From assembly GCA_016791385.1 (NCBI GenBank), contig JAEUMR010000032.1, positions 1,153 through 65,152 of the forward strand: a DNA stretch of 64,000 bases, in the 5' to 3' direction. The DNA comes from Hyphomonadaceae bacterium. Lineage in GTDB: Bacteria; Pseudomonadota; Alphaproteobacteria; Caulobacterales; Aquidulcibacteraceae. The notes under the pieces are model-generated. The model was given only the letters and a program-made list of their open reading frames with translations, was not told the origin of the DNA and ran no database searches. Positions 27,439-37,603 of this stretch are shown one piece after another; positions within the stretch are counted from its first letter, which is position 1; each line of letters begins with the position of its first letter. The position numbers were made by a program, and so were the translations under genes.

Positions 27439-29706
27439 ATGGCCAAGAAAATGCTGATCGACGCCGCCCACCCGGAAGAGACCCGGGTTGCGGTGCTCGA
27501 CGGAAACCGGGTTGAAGATTTCGACTTCGAGGTAGCCAGCAAAAAGCAACTCAGAGGCAATATCTATCTCGCCAAGGTGACGCGCGTTGAGCCGTCGCTG
27601 CAGGCGGCCTTTGTGGAGTATGGCGGCAACCGCCACGGCTTCCTCGCCTTCCCGGAAATCCATCCCGACTATTACGCGATCCCGAGCGCGGACCAGGAAG
27701 CGATCAAGGCTGAACTGGCTGCAGCCGAGGCTGAGTCCGAAGGCGCGGAAGAAGACGAAGAGGCGCTCGAAGAGCGCCGCCGCCGCATCCTCACGCGCCG
27801 CTACAAGATCCAAGAGGTCATTCGCCGCCGCCAGATCATGCTGGTGCAGGTGGTGAAGGAAGAGCGCGGCAACAAAGGCGCGGCGCTGACCACCTACCTC
27901 TCGCTCGCGGGCCGCTATTGCGTGCTGATGCCGAACACCGGCCGCGGCGGGGGCATCTCGCGCAAGATCACGCAAGCGACCGATCGCAAGCGCCTGAAGA
28001 AAATCGCCTCCGACCTCGAAGTGCCGCAAGGCATGGGGCTGATCATCCGCACCGCCGGGGCCAAGCGCACCAAGACCGAGATCAAGCGCGACTACGAATA
28101 TCTCATGCGCGCCTGGGAAACGATCCGCGACGATACGCTCAAAAGCGTCGCCCCGGCGTTGATCTATGAGGAAAGCTCGCTGGTGAAGCGTGCGATCCGC
28201 GACCTTTACGACAAAGACGTCGACGAAGTGCATGTCGATGGCGAGGGCGCCTACAAGGAAGCCAAAGACTTCGTCCGCATGCTGATGCCGAGCCACGCCA
28301 AGCGCGTTCAGCTCTGGCGCGACCCGACGCCAATCTTCGCTAAGTCGGGCGTCGAAAAGCAGCTCGAGAACATCTACTCGCCGGTCGTTCAGCTGAAGAG
28401 CGGCGGCTATATCGTCATCAACCAGACCGAAGCACTGGTGGCGATCGACGTGAACTCCGGCCGCGCCACGCGCGAGCGGAACATCGAACAGACGGCGCTG
28501 AAGACGAACCTCGAAGCGGCCGACGAAGCAGCGCGCCAGATGCGCCTGCGCGACCTTGCCGGCCTTGTCGTGATCGACTTCATCGACATGGAGGAGCAGA
28601 AGAACGACCGCGCCGTCGAAAAGCGGATGAAGGACAATCTCCGCTTCGATCGCGCTCGCGTTCAGATGGGCAAGATTTCCGGCTTCGGCCTGTTGGAGCT
28701 GTCGCGCCAGCGCCGCCGCACCGGCGTGCTCGAAGGCACCAGCCATATCTGCGAACATTGCCAGGGCACTGGCCGGGTGCGCTCGGTTGAATCGGCGGCG
28801 CTCGCCCTGTTACGCGCCCTCGACGACGCCGCAGCGAAAGAGAAACACCACGAAGTCGCCGCGCGCACTGCAACCGATGTGGCGCTCTATCTGCTGAACG
28901 AAAAACGCGAGACGCTGGCGCAGATCGAAGCCAACCGTCAGGTGCGTGTGCGCATTAGCGCCGCCGGCGAAATGGCAGCGGGCGATTTCGAAATCCAGAT
29001 TGGCGAAGACACGATCGAGGAAGGCGAGGTCGAGGCCGAAGCGGTGGAAGCGCGCCGTACGCGGCGTCCTGAACCGGTTGAAGTCGAAGAAGACGAGGCT
29101 GTCGAGGAAGAGGTCGAAGAGGCCGAAGCCGAGGAAGGCGCCAGCGCCGAAGCTGGTGAAGCCGAACGGCGTGGCCGTCGCCGGCGCGGACGCCGCGGCG
29201 GACGCCGCCGGCGCGAGGGTGAACCGGCTGAAGCGGGCGAAACACGGGAGGAGGCCGAAGCGCCTACACCGCGTGTCGCCGCCGCCAGCGAAGAACGCGG
29301 GCGCTCGAACCGCAGGCGCCGGCGTGGCCGCGGGCGCGGACGGCGCGTCTACGAAGTGGATGGCGGCGAGTGGCTTGATTTTGTCAGCGCCGATCTGAAG
29401 CACCTGACGCCCCGTCCGGAGCGTCCGCCACGCCCGGACCGCGCCGCTGAGGCCGAACAGCGGATCGAGAGTGCAGAAGCGCCGGAGGACGAAAGCGCCG
29501 ACATCGCCGACATCATCGTGCATCCCGCCGTTGTCGAGGCTCCGCCGGAACCGGTGCCGGCGCCTCAACCCGCCGCGGCGGCCGTTGAGGCGGAACCGGA
29601 GGATGCAGCCGAAGAAGCGGCGCCGCTCAGCTACGAACCGGACCAGGAACGGCGCGACCGCTTCTTCTCCCGCCTCTCTTCGCGTTGGTCGAAGAAGGGC
29701 GGCTAG
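27439..29706 (+). CDS. rne: Ribonuclease E
   Basis: MAKKMLIDA, S1 domain, IDVNSG, VIDFIDM, CEHC Zn-link, disordered charge-block C-terminus. Confidence 0.97.
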   Translation: MAKKMLIDAAHPEETRVAVLDGNRVEDFDFEVASKKQLRGNIYLAKVTRVEPSLQAAFVEYGGNRHGFLAFPEIHPDYYAIPSADQEAIKAELAAAEAESEGAEEDEEALEERRRRILTRRYKIQEVIRRRQIMLVQVVKEERGNKGAALTTYLSLAGRYCVLMPNTGRGGGISRKITQATDRKRLKKIASDLEVPQGMGLIIRTAGAKRTKTEIKRDYEYLMRAWETIRDDTLKSVAPALIYEESSLVKRAIRDLYDKDVDEVHVDGEGAYKEAKDFVRMLMPSHAKRVQLWRDPTPIFAKSGVEKQLENIYSPVVQLKSGGYIVINQTEALVAIDVNSGRATRERNIEQTALKTNLEAADEAARQMRLRDLAGLVVIDFIDMEEQKNDRAVEKRMKDNLRFDRARVQMGKISGFGLLELSRQRRRTGVLEGTSHICEHCQGTGRVRSVESAALALLRALDDAAAKEKHHEVAARTATDVALYLLNEKRETLAQIEANRQVRVRISAAGEMAAGDFEIQIGEDTIEEGEVEAEAVEARRTRRPEPVEVEEDEAVEEEVEEAEAEEGASAEAGEAERRGRRRRGRRGGRRRREGEPAEAGETREEAEAPTPRVAAASEERGRSNRRRRRGRGRGRRVYEVDGGEWLDFVSADLKHLTPRPERPPRPDRAAEAEQRIESAEAPEDESADIADIIVHPAVVEAPPEPVPAPQPAAAAVEAEPEDAAEEAAPLSYEPDQERRDRFFSRLSSRWSKKGG

Positions 29707-29793
29707 GGCGGGGAGCGAACGGCCTTGCTGACGCCGCAAACTGGGGCTTCAAAAAGGGCGTTCTGGCGGATGCCGGCTGAAAGAGGAACGCAC

Positions 29794-31191
29794 ATGGCTG
29801 CGTCATTGACCGCTCTTGGACGCCGCTTGGCGGGCGCCGCAGTCGCGGCGCTCGCGCTGGCCGCGCTCAGCGCCAACAACGCCTCCGCACAATCGCTCAT
29901 TCGCGACGCCGAGATCGAGGAGACGCTCCACATCTACACCGACCCGCTGCTGCAAGCGGCTGGTCTCGACCCGAACGATGTCGACATCTATCTGGTCGAC
30001 GACCCCTCGATTAACGCGTTCGTTGCGGGCGGTCAGAACATTTTCGTCCATACCGGGCTGCTGCTGCAGGCGCGCAACCCAAACGAAGTGATCGGCGTGC
30101 TCGCGCACGAGACCGGCCACATCGCCGGCGGCCACGGCGTGCGCCGGCGCGAGGCCATGAACCAAGCGCTAGGGCCAGCGCTGATCTCTATCGGCCTTGG
30201 CGTGCTGGCGATCGCCGCAGGCGCGCCGGATGCGGGCGCGGCGCTGATCTCGGGCTCGCAAGCGTTCGCGATGGCGAACTTCGTTCGTTACACGCAAGTG
30301 CAGGAATCCTCCGCCGACCAGGCGGGCGCTGAGTATCTCGAAGCCACCGGCCAATCCGGCCGCGGCCTGATCAGCTTCTTCAACGACAAGCTGCGTCCGT
30401 ACGAGTTCATGACGCGGCGCGTTCCGCCTTACATGCTGACGCACCCCTATTCGTCTGACCGGGTTGAAGCCCTGCGCCAGCGCGTCGAGGCGGCGTCGCA
30501 TCGTGATGCAGTCGATAGCGAAGACAATTTGCGCCGCTTCCGCTTCATGCAGGCGAAACTGATCGGCTTCATCCAAAGCCAGGGGCAGACGCTGAATCGC
30601 TACCCGCTCAGCGATCACTCGGCCCCCGCCCGCTATGCGCGCGCTGTTGCGTATTATCGCGTGTCCGACCTCACCCGCTCGCGCCAAGAGCTGGAATCGC
30701 TGATCGCCGAGGAGCCTAACAATCCGTACTTCCAGGAATTGATGGGCCAGATCCTGTTCGAGAATGCACGTGCGGAGGAAGCGATCGCTTACCATCGCCG
30801 CGCCGTCGAACTGGCGCCGAACCAGCCACTGCTCGAAATTGCGCTGGCGCGCGATCTCAACGCGGCGCGTCAACGCCGCGGGGCCGACGAGGCCATTCCG
30901 CTGCTGCAGTCAGCCGTGGCGCGTGAGCCGGACAACGCCTTCGCGTGGCGGGAACTGGCGGTGTCGCGCGACTTGCGCGGAGAGGAAGCGTTGGCGGAAC
31001 TGGCTTCCGCCGAGCAGAACTTTGCCATGGGCGATTTCAATGCGGCCATCAGCTTCGCCGAGCGTGCGCGCCGCACCCTGCCCCGCAACACGCCGTCCTA
31101 TCAGCGCGCCTCCGACATTGTGACCTTCGCCGGCAACGAGTTGCGAGACCAGCAACCGCGCAGCCAACAAACAGGCGGGCGGCGCGGCTAA
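29794..31191 (+). CDS. M48 family metalloprotease with TPR repeats (BepA-like)
   Basis: INAFV, LAHETGH, QESSAD, THP; TPR C-terminus. Confidence 0.9.
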   Translation: MAASLTALGRRLAGAAVAALALAALSANNASAQSLIRDAEIEETLHIYTDPLLQAAGLDPNDVDIYLVDDPSINAFVAGGQNIFVHTGLLLQARNPNEVIGVLAHETGHIAGGHGVRRREAMNQALGPALISIGLGVLAIAAGAPDAGAALISGSQAFAMANFVRYTQVQESSADQAGAEYLEATGQSGRGLISFFNDKLRPYEFMTRRVPPYMLTHPYSSDRVEALRQRVEAASHRDAVDSEDNLRRFRFMQAKLIGFIQSQGQTLNRYPLSDHSAPARYARAVAYYRVSDLTRSRQELESLIAEEPNNPYFQELMGQILFENARAEEAIAYHRRAVELAPNQPLLEIALARDLNAARQRRGADEAIPLLQSAVAREPDNAFAWRELAVSRDLRGEEALAELASAEQNFAMGDFNAAISFAERARRTLPRNTPSYQRASDIVTFAGNELRDQQPRSQQTGGRRG

Positions 31192-31250
31192 GCTTGCGGC
31201 GGGCGCTGAAAGCGGCCATGTGCTGACCTCCGCTGACGGAGAGCCGAAAC

Positions 31251-31967
31251 ATGCCGCGCTTGCTGGTCGCCTTCCTGTTCCTGCTGTTCGCCGCGCCCGC
31301 GGCGGCGCAGACCTTTAATGGCCAGGAGCAAGCTGAGATCCGGGCCATCGTGCGCGACTATCTGGTGCGCAATCCGGACGTGCTGCAGGAAGCGCTCGAA
31401 GCGCTGCAGGAGCGCAGCAACGCCGAACGCTGGCAACGGGCAAAGTCCGATCCGCGCGACTTCTCGATCGGTCCCGCCGACGCGCCGGTCACGATCGTCG
31501 AATTCTTCGACTATCGCTGCCCCTATTGCATGGCCTCGCTGGAATGGGTGGTCGACGTTGTGCGCACCCGGCGCGACGTGCGCTTCGTGTTCAAAGAGCT
31601 TCCGCTCGACATCCATGGCGAACCCGCCATCGAAGCCTCGCGCGCCTCGATCGCGGCGATGCCGCAGGGCCGCTATTTCCAGTTTCACCAAGCGCTGCTC
31701 AATTATTCCGGCGACCTGACCTCGGAGCGCATCGATCAACTCGCCCGTCAGTCGGGTATCGACGTCGCCCGCATGCGCCGCGCGATGGCCAGCGAAGCCA
31801 TCACCGACATCCTGCAGGACAATCGCGGCCTCGCCGTCGACCTCGGCGTCAACGGCACCCCGGCCTTCTTCATCAACGGTGAGATGGTCGCCGGCTACAA
31901 TCGCCCGCTGCTCGAAGAGAAACTGCGCGAAGCGACCCGCAACGCCCAGCGTGGCCGCCGCTCCTGA
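31251..31967 (+). CDS. DsbA family protein (Com1/ScsC-like)
   Basis: Signal peptide, EFFDYRCPYC, GVNGTPAF. Confidence 0.92.
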   Translation: MPRLLVAFLFLLFAAPAAAQTFNGQEQAEIRAIVRDYLVRNPDVLQEALEALQERSNAERWQRAKSDPRDFSIGPADAPVTIVEFFDYRCPYCMASLEWVVDVVRTRRDVRFVFKELPLDIHGEPAIEASRASIAAMPQGRYFQFHQALLNYSGDLTSERIDQLARQSGIDVARMRRAMASEAITDILQDNRGLAVDLGVNGTPAFFINGEMVAGYNRPLLEEKLREATRNAQRGRRS

Positions 31968-32708
31968 TCAGAGCCTGCCGGTCGCGGCCGACGCGATCAG
32001 ACGCGCCTGTTTGAAGATAAGCGGCGGCGGCGCGCCGCCGAGCCGGGGCAGATAGTGCCGCGCGAGCGAAACATAACCCAACGCCGGCCACAACGCCTGC
32101 GGCGCGCGCATGTGCGCCAGTTGCGCAAGCGCCTCTTCCGCCATTTCGCGGTATCGCTGCATCGAGCCGCCGCTTGCAGGGACCGCGCTGCGGCCGCGGG
32201 CAGTCCAATACTGCTCCGCCCGCAACAGCCCCGTCGCGCCCCATGCTTGGCCAGCCGCGCGCGCAAGCATTTCAACGCCTAGCGCCATTTCCGCGCTCGC
32301 AGCTTCGATAGCGAGGCGCACGAGGCCACCTGCGGTGGCGTCCAGATAATCCTCAGCCTCACCCCAGTTCGCAAACGGCTGAACATCCAGGTCTCTGCGC
32401 CGCGCTTCGGTCATGTGTTCAAGCACGTCAGAGGAAAGCGGCATGGCCGCATGCGCCTCTGCGTAAGCAAGCAGCACCGGGTGTGATGGAGCGCCAGCGC
32501 CCGAATGAATGCGCGCAAGCGCATCGCGCCACCAGGCGAGGCGAATGTCGCCGGCGGCTGGCTGCGTCACCGTCTCACTCACATGAGCGAGTTCGTAATT
32601 GAGCGCATAAAGCGCGATGAGCCGCTTGCGCACCGGCTCGGGTGCGAAGCGGCTCGCGAGCCAACGGTCTTCGTCGACACGGTGAACGAGAGCATCGAGA
32701 TCGGACAT
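31968..32708 (-). CDS. Squalene/phytoene synthase family protein (NDUFAF6-like)
   Basis: DEDRWLASRFAP...LYALNYEL...IRLAWWRDAL. Confidence 0.85.
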   Translation of the reverse strand: MSDLDALVHRVDEDRWLASRFAPEPVRKRLIALYALNYELAHVSETVTQPAAGDIRLAWWRDALARIHSGAGAPSHPVLLAYAEAHAAMPLSSDVLEHMTEARRRDLDVQPFANWGEAEDYLDATAGGLVRLAIEAASAEMALGVEMLARAAGQAWGATGLLRAEQYWTARGRSAVPASGGSMQRYREMAEEALAQLAHMRAPQALWPALGYVSLARHYLPRLGGAPPPLIFKQARLIASAATGRL

Positions 32709-32752
32709 CGAGGAAGCACGGCCCGCACTCAACGCGCGGGCCGCCCATCACA

Positions 32753-33385
32753 TCAGAACAGCGTGCTTGCGCCCGTCATCGCCACCAGCATCGGCACCGA
32801 CAGGAACGTGTTCGTGCGCGAGAACAGCATCGCTGTCTTCCCGGCCGCCGCCTTTTGCGCCGCATCGAGCGAGGCGTAGCGGTCGCCGATGTTCAGCGCC
32901 TTCTGCTGGTTCGGCCAGATGATGAACCAGACATTGAACCACATGACGATGGCGAGCCACATGCCGACGCCGATGAAGATGTGCTTCGGCACGGCGAAGG
33001 CTGGATCGTCGGCGGCGCCGAGCGTCAGCGCTTGCACGAGGTAGCCTTGGTTGATCGCCAGCAGCAGACCCGTGATCAGCGTCAGCATCGCGCCCCAGCG
33101 GAACCAGTACAGCGCCGCCGGCGCGATCACCTTGCCGATCGCCGGACCGCGATGCTCTTCCGGGATCTTCGGCATGTTGGGGATTTGGGTGAAATTGAAA
33201 TAATAGAGGTGGCCAATCCACATGATGCCGCTGAGCACATGGCCCCAGCGCAACGCGGATTCCCAGAACGCGCTGTCGCCGAAGCTGTAGCCAGCGACGC
33301 CCATAGCGAAATAGATTAGAAACACCACCGCCACCGCCAGCGCCGTCCAGGCGACGTAGCGGATGTTGGTCAGAAACGCGGCCAT
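32753..33385 (-). CDS. PuuD/Urate_ox_N family membrane protein
   Basis: RWGHVLSGIMWIGHLYYFNF, FRWGA, FNVWFIIWPNQ, SRTNT; no cytochrome c domain. Confidence 0.85.
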   Translation of the reverse strand: MAAFLTNIRYVAWTALAVAVVFLIYFAMGVAGYSFGDSAFWESALRWGHVLSGIMWIGHLYYFNFTQIPNMPKIPEEHRGPAIGKVIAPAALYWFRWGAMLTLITGLLLAINQGYLVQALTLGAADDPAFAVPKHIFIGVGMWLAIVMWFNVWFIIWPNQQKALNIGDRYASLDAAQKAAAGKTAMLFSRTNTFLSVPMLVAMTGASTLF

Positions 33386-33452
33386 TAGCGCACTCCCTTC
33401 AGCCTTAATGGCGAAGGTCATAATCGCATTTGCCGCGTACGTCAGCGGTAAC

Positions 33453-34469
33453 TTAGGGCGTCGCCGCGCTTTCCCGCACAGCCACGTTCTCCTCGCGCCG
33501 AGGCGCCCAGAGCAACGTTGCAGGGGCCGCCACATAGATCGACGAATAGGTGCCGATCACGATGCCGAACGTCATGGCGATGGCGAAGCCCTCCAGCGTA
33601 TCGCCGCCGAATACCCACAAGGCAATTGCGGCCAAGATCGCGGTGACGCTGGTCATCATCGTGCGCGACAGCGTTTCGTTGGTGGAGAGGTCGATGACCT
33701 CCGGCCGCGGCATGCGCTTGTACTTGCGATAGTTCTCACGCAACCGGTCGAACACGACGACGGTGTCGTTCATCGAGTAACCGATGATGGTCAGCAACGC
33801 GGCGATGATCGTCAGCGTAAACTCGATGCGGAAGAACGAGAATAACCCCAGCGTCAGAATGGTATCGTGAAAGAGCGCGATCACGGCGCCCAGGCCGAAC
33901 TGCCATTCGAACCGGAACCAGATGTAGACGAGCATCAGCGCAATCGCGAGCCCGAGCGCGATCAGGCCGCCTGCAAACAGCTCTTCGGACACCTTCGGAC
34001 CGACGACCTCCACACGAGAGAAAGTCGCACCGTCGACCAGTTCGCGCAGGCGGTTCTGCACACGCGTCGTGATCTGGTTAGGATCGCCGCCGGACACCTG
34101 ATAGCGCACCATGATGTGGTGCGGATCGTTGAACGATTGCGCCTGCACATCGCCCAGATCGAGCGCCAGCAGACCTTCCCGCACGCGACCGATGTCGATC
34201 GGCTGCGGCGCGGTCAGTTCGAGCACGGCGCCGCCGCGAAAGTCGATGCCGAGTTCGAAGCCGCGGCCGAGGATGGCGCCGAGCCGGTCCAACGGACCAC
34301 CGCTGGCCGCCTGGTACATCGCCACCGGGATTTCGCGGAACCCCGCCGTGAACATCGACACGAACGAGCCGACCGTCAGCAGCACCGAGATGACAGCGGC
34401 GAATGCGGCGAAGCGGACGAACCGGAAGTTCGTCTTCCTCGAAACGAGTTTGATGAGAGGCCAAACCAT
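33453..34469 (-). CDS. secF: Protein translocase subunit SecF
   Basis: GIDFRGG, VGPKVS, GYSMNDTVVVFDRLRE, GTYSS. Confidence 0.97.
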   Translation of the reverse strand: MVWPLIKLVSRKTNFRFVRFAAFAAVISVLLTVGSFVSMFTAGFREIPVAMYQAASGGPLDRLGAILGRGFELGIDFRGGAVLELTAPQPIDIGRVREGLLALDLGDVQAQSFNDPHHIMVRYQVSGGDPNQITTRVQNRLRELVDGATFSRVEVVGPKVSEELFAGGLIALGLAIALMLVYIWFRFEWQFGLGAVIALFHDTILTLGLFSFFRIEFTLTIIAALLTIIGYSMNDTVVVFDRLRENYRKYKRMPRPEVIDLSTNETLSRTMMTSVTAILAAIALWVFGGDTLEGFAIAMTFGIVIGTYSSIYVAAPATLLWAPRREENVAVRESAATP

Positions 34470-34487
34470 GATGCTGTCTTCAACGCC

Positions 34488-36074
34488 TTAAATCGGGAGG
34501 TCTTTTGGCCGCGTGATGCGGAACCAGTACGCAATCAGCGTCTGTGTCACGAACGTCGCGGTGATGACGGAGGTGATGCAACCGATCGACAGCGTCCAGG
34601 CAAAGCCACGCACTGGCCCCGCGCCGAACTGGAACAGGATCAACGCCGCCAGGAATTGCGTCAGGTGCGAGTCGATGATGGTGACCATCGCCCGCGAGAA
34701 ACCCGCATCGATGGCCATCGCCGGACTTCGTCCGTGCGCCTTCTCTTCCCGCATCCGCTCGTAGATCAGCACGTTGGCGTCGACGGCCATGCCGATGGTG
34801 AGAACAAGGCCGGCGATGCCCGGCAGCGTCAGCGTGGCGCCGCCCAGAGTCATTGCGCCGACGATCATGGCCATGTTCACGACCAGCGCCACGCAGGCGA
34901 GGAAGCCGAACAGGCCGTAGAACAGCACCATGAACACCAGCACGGCGATCGAGGCATAGAGCGTCGCGTGACTACCCGCCGTGATCGCGTCCTGGCCGAG
35001 TTCGGCGCCGACCGAGCGCTGCTCGATCACCGTCAGCGGCGCCGGCAGTGCGCCGGCGTTCAGCATCAGCGCCAGTTCGCTCGCGCTCTCGGCGGTGAAA
35101 TTGCCTGAGATCTGCCCGGACCCGCCGCAGATCGGCTCGTTGATTGTCGGCGCCGTCAGCACCTGATTGTCGAGCAGAATAGCGAAGCGGTCGCCGGTGT
35201 GCGTGCGGCTGATGCGGCAGAAGAGGCGCGTGCCCTCGCCGTCGAGTTGGAAGTGCAGCACGAACTGGCCGGTCTGCTGATCCGTCCCTGTGCTCGCGCG
35301 CTGCAAGCGCTCGCCGGTGAATTGCGGACGCCGTTCGACGACTTCCGCGCGGTTACCGACGCCCGGATAGGGCTGCGCGACAATGGTCCCCACCGGCAAA
35401 CTTTGCGCAGTCGGATCGACCTCACGCACCAGGTTGAACGTCATCAGCGCGGTCTGGCCGATGCGCTGGCGCAGCACTTCGGGATCGGACACGCCCGGCG
35501 CCTGCACGACGATGCGGTTGTCGCCCTGGCGCACGATAGTGACTTCGCTGGTGCCGTTGGGGTCGATCCGGCGGCGAATGACCTCCACCGATTGCTGTGC
35601 GGCCTGACGGCTCAGCTCGGCCAGATATTGCGTCGTCATGCGCGCTTCGATCACGCCGTCCGCACCTTCAGTGAAGGTGAGGATTTCCGCACCGCTGGTG
35701 GGCGAGCGGGCGATCGTGCGCAGCGCCGTGCGGGCGCGGGCCATGTCATTGACATCGAGCAGACGCACGCGCGCAGCATCGCCGACGACGCCGCGGCCGG
35801 TGTAACGGATCGCGGGCTCGGCCTGGCGCAACGCATTCGCCATCTGATCGGCGGTGCTGTCGAGCTGCTGACGGCGCAGCGCCGAGCTGTCCACTTCAAG
35901 CAGCAGGTGCGAACCGCCCTGCAGGTCGAGGCCGAGATTGAGCGCCTGGCGCGGCAGGAACGGCGGCAGGTTATTGCGCAGATTCTCCGGCAGGAGGTTC
36001 GGCAGCGTGAAAAGGACGCCGAACAGCGTCGCAAAGATGACGACGATTATTCGCCACCGGGGAAGCTGCAACAT
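34488..36074 (-). CDS. secD: Protein translocase subunit SecD
   Basis: LGLDLQGG, AGALPAPL, GMAVDANVLIYER. Confidence 0.97.
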   Translation of the reverse strand: MLQLPRWRIIVVIFATLFGVLFTLPNLLPENLRNNLPPFLPRQALNLGLDLQGGSHLLLEVDSSALRRQQLDSTADQMANALRQAEPAIRYTGRGVVGDAARVRLLDVNDMARARTALRTIARSPTSGAEILTFTEGADGVIEARMTTQYLAELSRQAAQQSVEVIRRRIDPNGTSEVTIVRQGDNRIVVQAPGVSDPEVLRQRIGQTALMTFNLVREVDPTAQSLPVGTIVAQPYPGVGNRAEVVERRPQFTGERLQRASTGTDQQTGQFVLHFQLDGEGTRLFCRISRTHTGDRFAILLDNQVLTAPTINEPICGGSGQISGNFTAESASELALMLNAGALPAPLTVIEQRSVGAELGQDAITAGSHATLYASIAVLVFMVLFYGLFGFLACVALVVNMAMIVGAMTLGGATLTLPGIAGLVLTIGMAVDANVLIYERMREEKAHGRSPAMAIDAGFSRAMVTIIDSHLTQFLAALILFQFGAGPVRGFAWTLSIGCITSVITATFVTQTLIAYWFRITRPKDLPI

Positions 36075-36079
36075 GTGTG

Positions 36080-36436
36080 TTAGCTCGCACTCGCCTTGGA
36101 ATCATTGGCCGGGGCAGGATCGGTTTTCGACCGCACTTCGGCAATCGTGCCACGCACAACGCGCACGTCCGTGTTCGGCGCGAGTTCTACGCGCACTTCG
36201 TCGTCCGCGACCGACTTCACCTTGCCGATGAGGCCGCCGGAGGTGACCACCACATCGCCCTTCTTCAGGTTGGCGATCATCTCCATGTGGCGCTTGCGCG
36301 CCTGCTGCTGGGGACGGATCAGCAGAAAGTAGAAGACGACGAAAATGAGCAGATAGGGCGCAAGGCCGATAAGCATGGCGCCAGTGTCGCCGCCGGGGGC
36401 GGCGGCCGTCTGCGCATAAGCGTTCGAGATAAACAT
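36080..36436 (-). CDS. yajC: Preprotein translocase subunit YajC
   Basis: FYFLLIRPQQ, GDVVVTSGGLIG. Confidence 0.96.
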   Translation of the reverse strand: MFISNAYAQTAAAPGGDTGAMLIGLAPYLLIFVVFYFLLIRPQQQARKRHMEMIANLKKGDVVVTSGGLIGKVKSVADDEVRVELAPNTDVRVVRGTIAEVRSKTDPAPANDSKASAS

Positions 36437-36585
36437 TGATCCTCGTCACGGCCCGCGCGGTGCGCGGGCTTCATGGCTGAACTGAACGTGCGGGACATGC
36501 CGCCCCGCGAAGGCGCGGACTATATCGTCCGCCCCCGCCTTTTCAATCGGCGCTGACCGCCCTCGCGCGCCGTTTCGCCGCAGGT

Positions 36586-37563
36586 TCAAGGCGATAGCCC
36601 AAGCAGCGGCGCAGGATCGACCGCAGTGCTGCCCTGGCGGACCTGAAACAGCAGCAGCCCGCGCCCATCGGACCGGAGGCCCAATTCGGCGATCCGTTGA
36701 CCGGCCCGCACCCTTTGCCCCTCACGCACGAGCGCGCGGCGATTGTAGCCGTAGGCCGTCACGTAATTGTCGGCGTGACGGATCAGGACGAGCGAGCCGT
36801 AGCCCGGCACATCCTCGCCGGCATAGACCACATCGCCATCGGCGGCGGCCATCACCGGCTCACCCTCACGGCCGGCGATCTCAATGCCGTCGATCCGCCC
36901 GCCACTCTCGCGAGCGCCAAAGCGCGCCGTGATCTCGCCGCGCATCGGCATGGCGAAGCGCGCCGGGCCCGCAGGCGCCAGCGCCTCAGTGCTGGGCGGC
37001 GGCGATGGCGAAGCCTCAACGCCGCCCACGCCAACCGGCAACACGATCCGATCGCCCGGCCGCACCGCGTAAGGGCGCTGCATCCGGTTCAGCAGCGCGA
37101 GCGAGCGGGTATCGACAGCGTAGCGGCGCGCGATGTCCTCGAACGTCTCGTTGCGAACGACCGTGTGAAAGCGCGGTTGCGGCAGACGCAAGTCCTGACC
37201 GCGTGACAACGCGTAAGGCGGCTGCAGCCCGTTCTCCTGAATGAGCGCCAGCACCGGCACTTGGTACATCGTCGCGACGTCCGACAGCGTTTCGTTGGCG
37301 CCGACACGATGCGTGCGCGGCAAATGCGCGAGGTCGTATGGGTGCACGTCCTCGGGACGCAGCGCGTATGTCGAAAGCGGCGTGCCCTCGCCTTCCCATT
37401 GCGCCGCGCTGACCGGGGAATCATCGGAGCGGGCTCGTTGCGGCGCGCGCGTGTCGCGCGGCGGCGCGGCAGGCGCGCTCGCGCTTTGCCCATATTGAAT
37501 GGAGGCAGGCGCCGCAGCAGCGCAGCCCGTCACCATCAACAGCAAGAGCGCCGCCCGCTTCAT
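36586..37563 (-). CDS. LysM/M23 lipoprotein (NlpD/DipM-like), degenerate M23 site
   Basis: Lipobox VTGC, two LysM repeats, M23 fold with IDGIEI/LLFQVR lacking Zn histidines; follows surE-pcm. Confidence 0.88.
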   Translation of the reverse strand: MKRAALLLLMVTGCAAAAPASIQYGQSASAPAAPPRDTRAPQRARSDDSPVSAAQWEGEGTPLSTYALRPEDVHPYDLAHLPRTHRVGANETLSDVATMYQVPVLALIQENGLQPPYALSRGQDLRLPQPRFHTVVRNETFEDIARRYAVDTRSLALLNRMQRPYAVRPGDRIVLPVGVGGVEASPSPPPSTEALAPAGPARFAMPMRGEITARFGARESGGRIDGIEIAGREGEPVMAAADGDVVYAGEDVPGYGSLVLIRHADNYVTAYGYNRRALVREGQRVRAGQRIAELGLRSDGRGLLLFQVRQGSTAVDPAPLLGLSP

Positions 37564-37603
37564 GGCCGTCTTGTCGCTGAGAATCAGCCGCGCCCGCAAA
37601 CCC

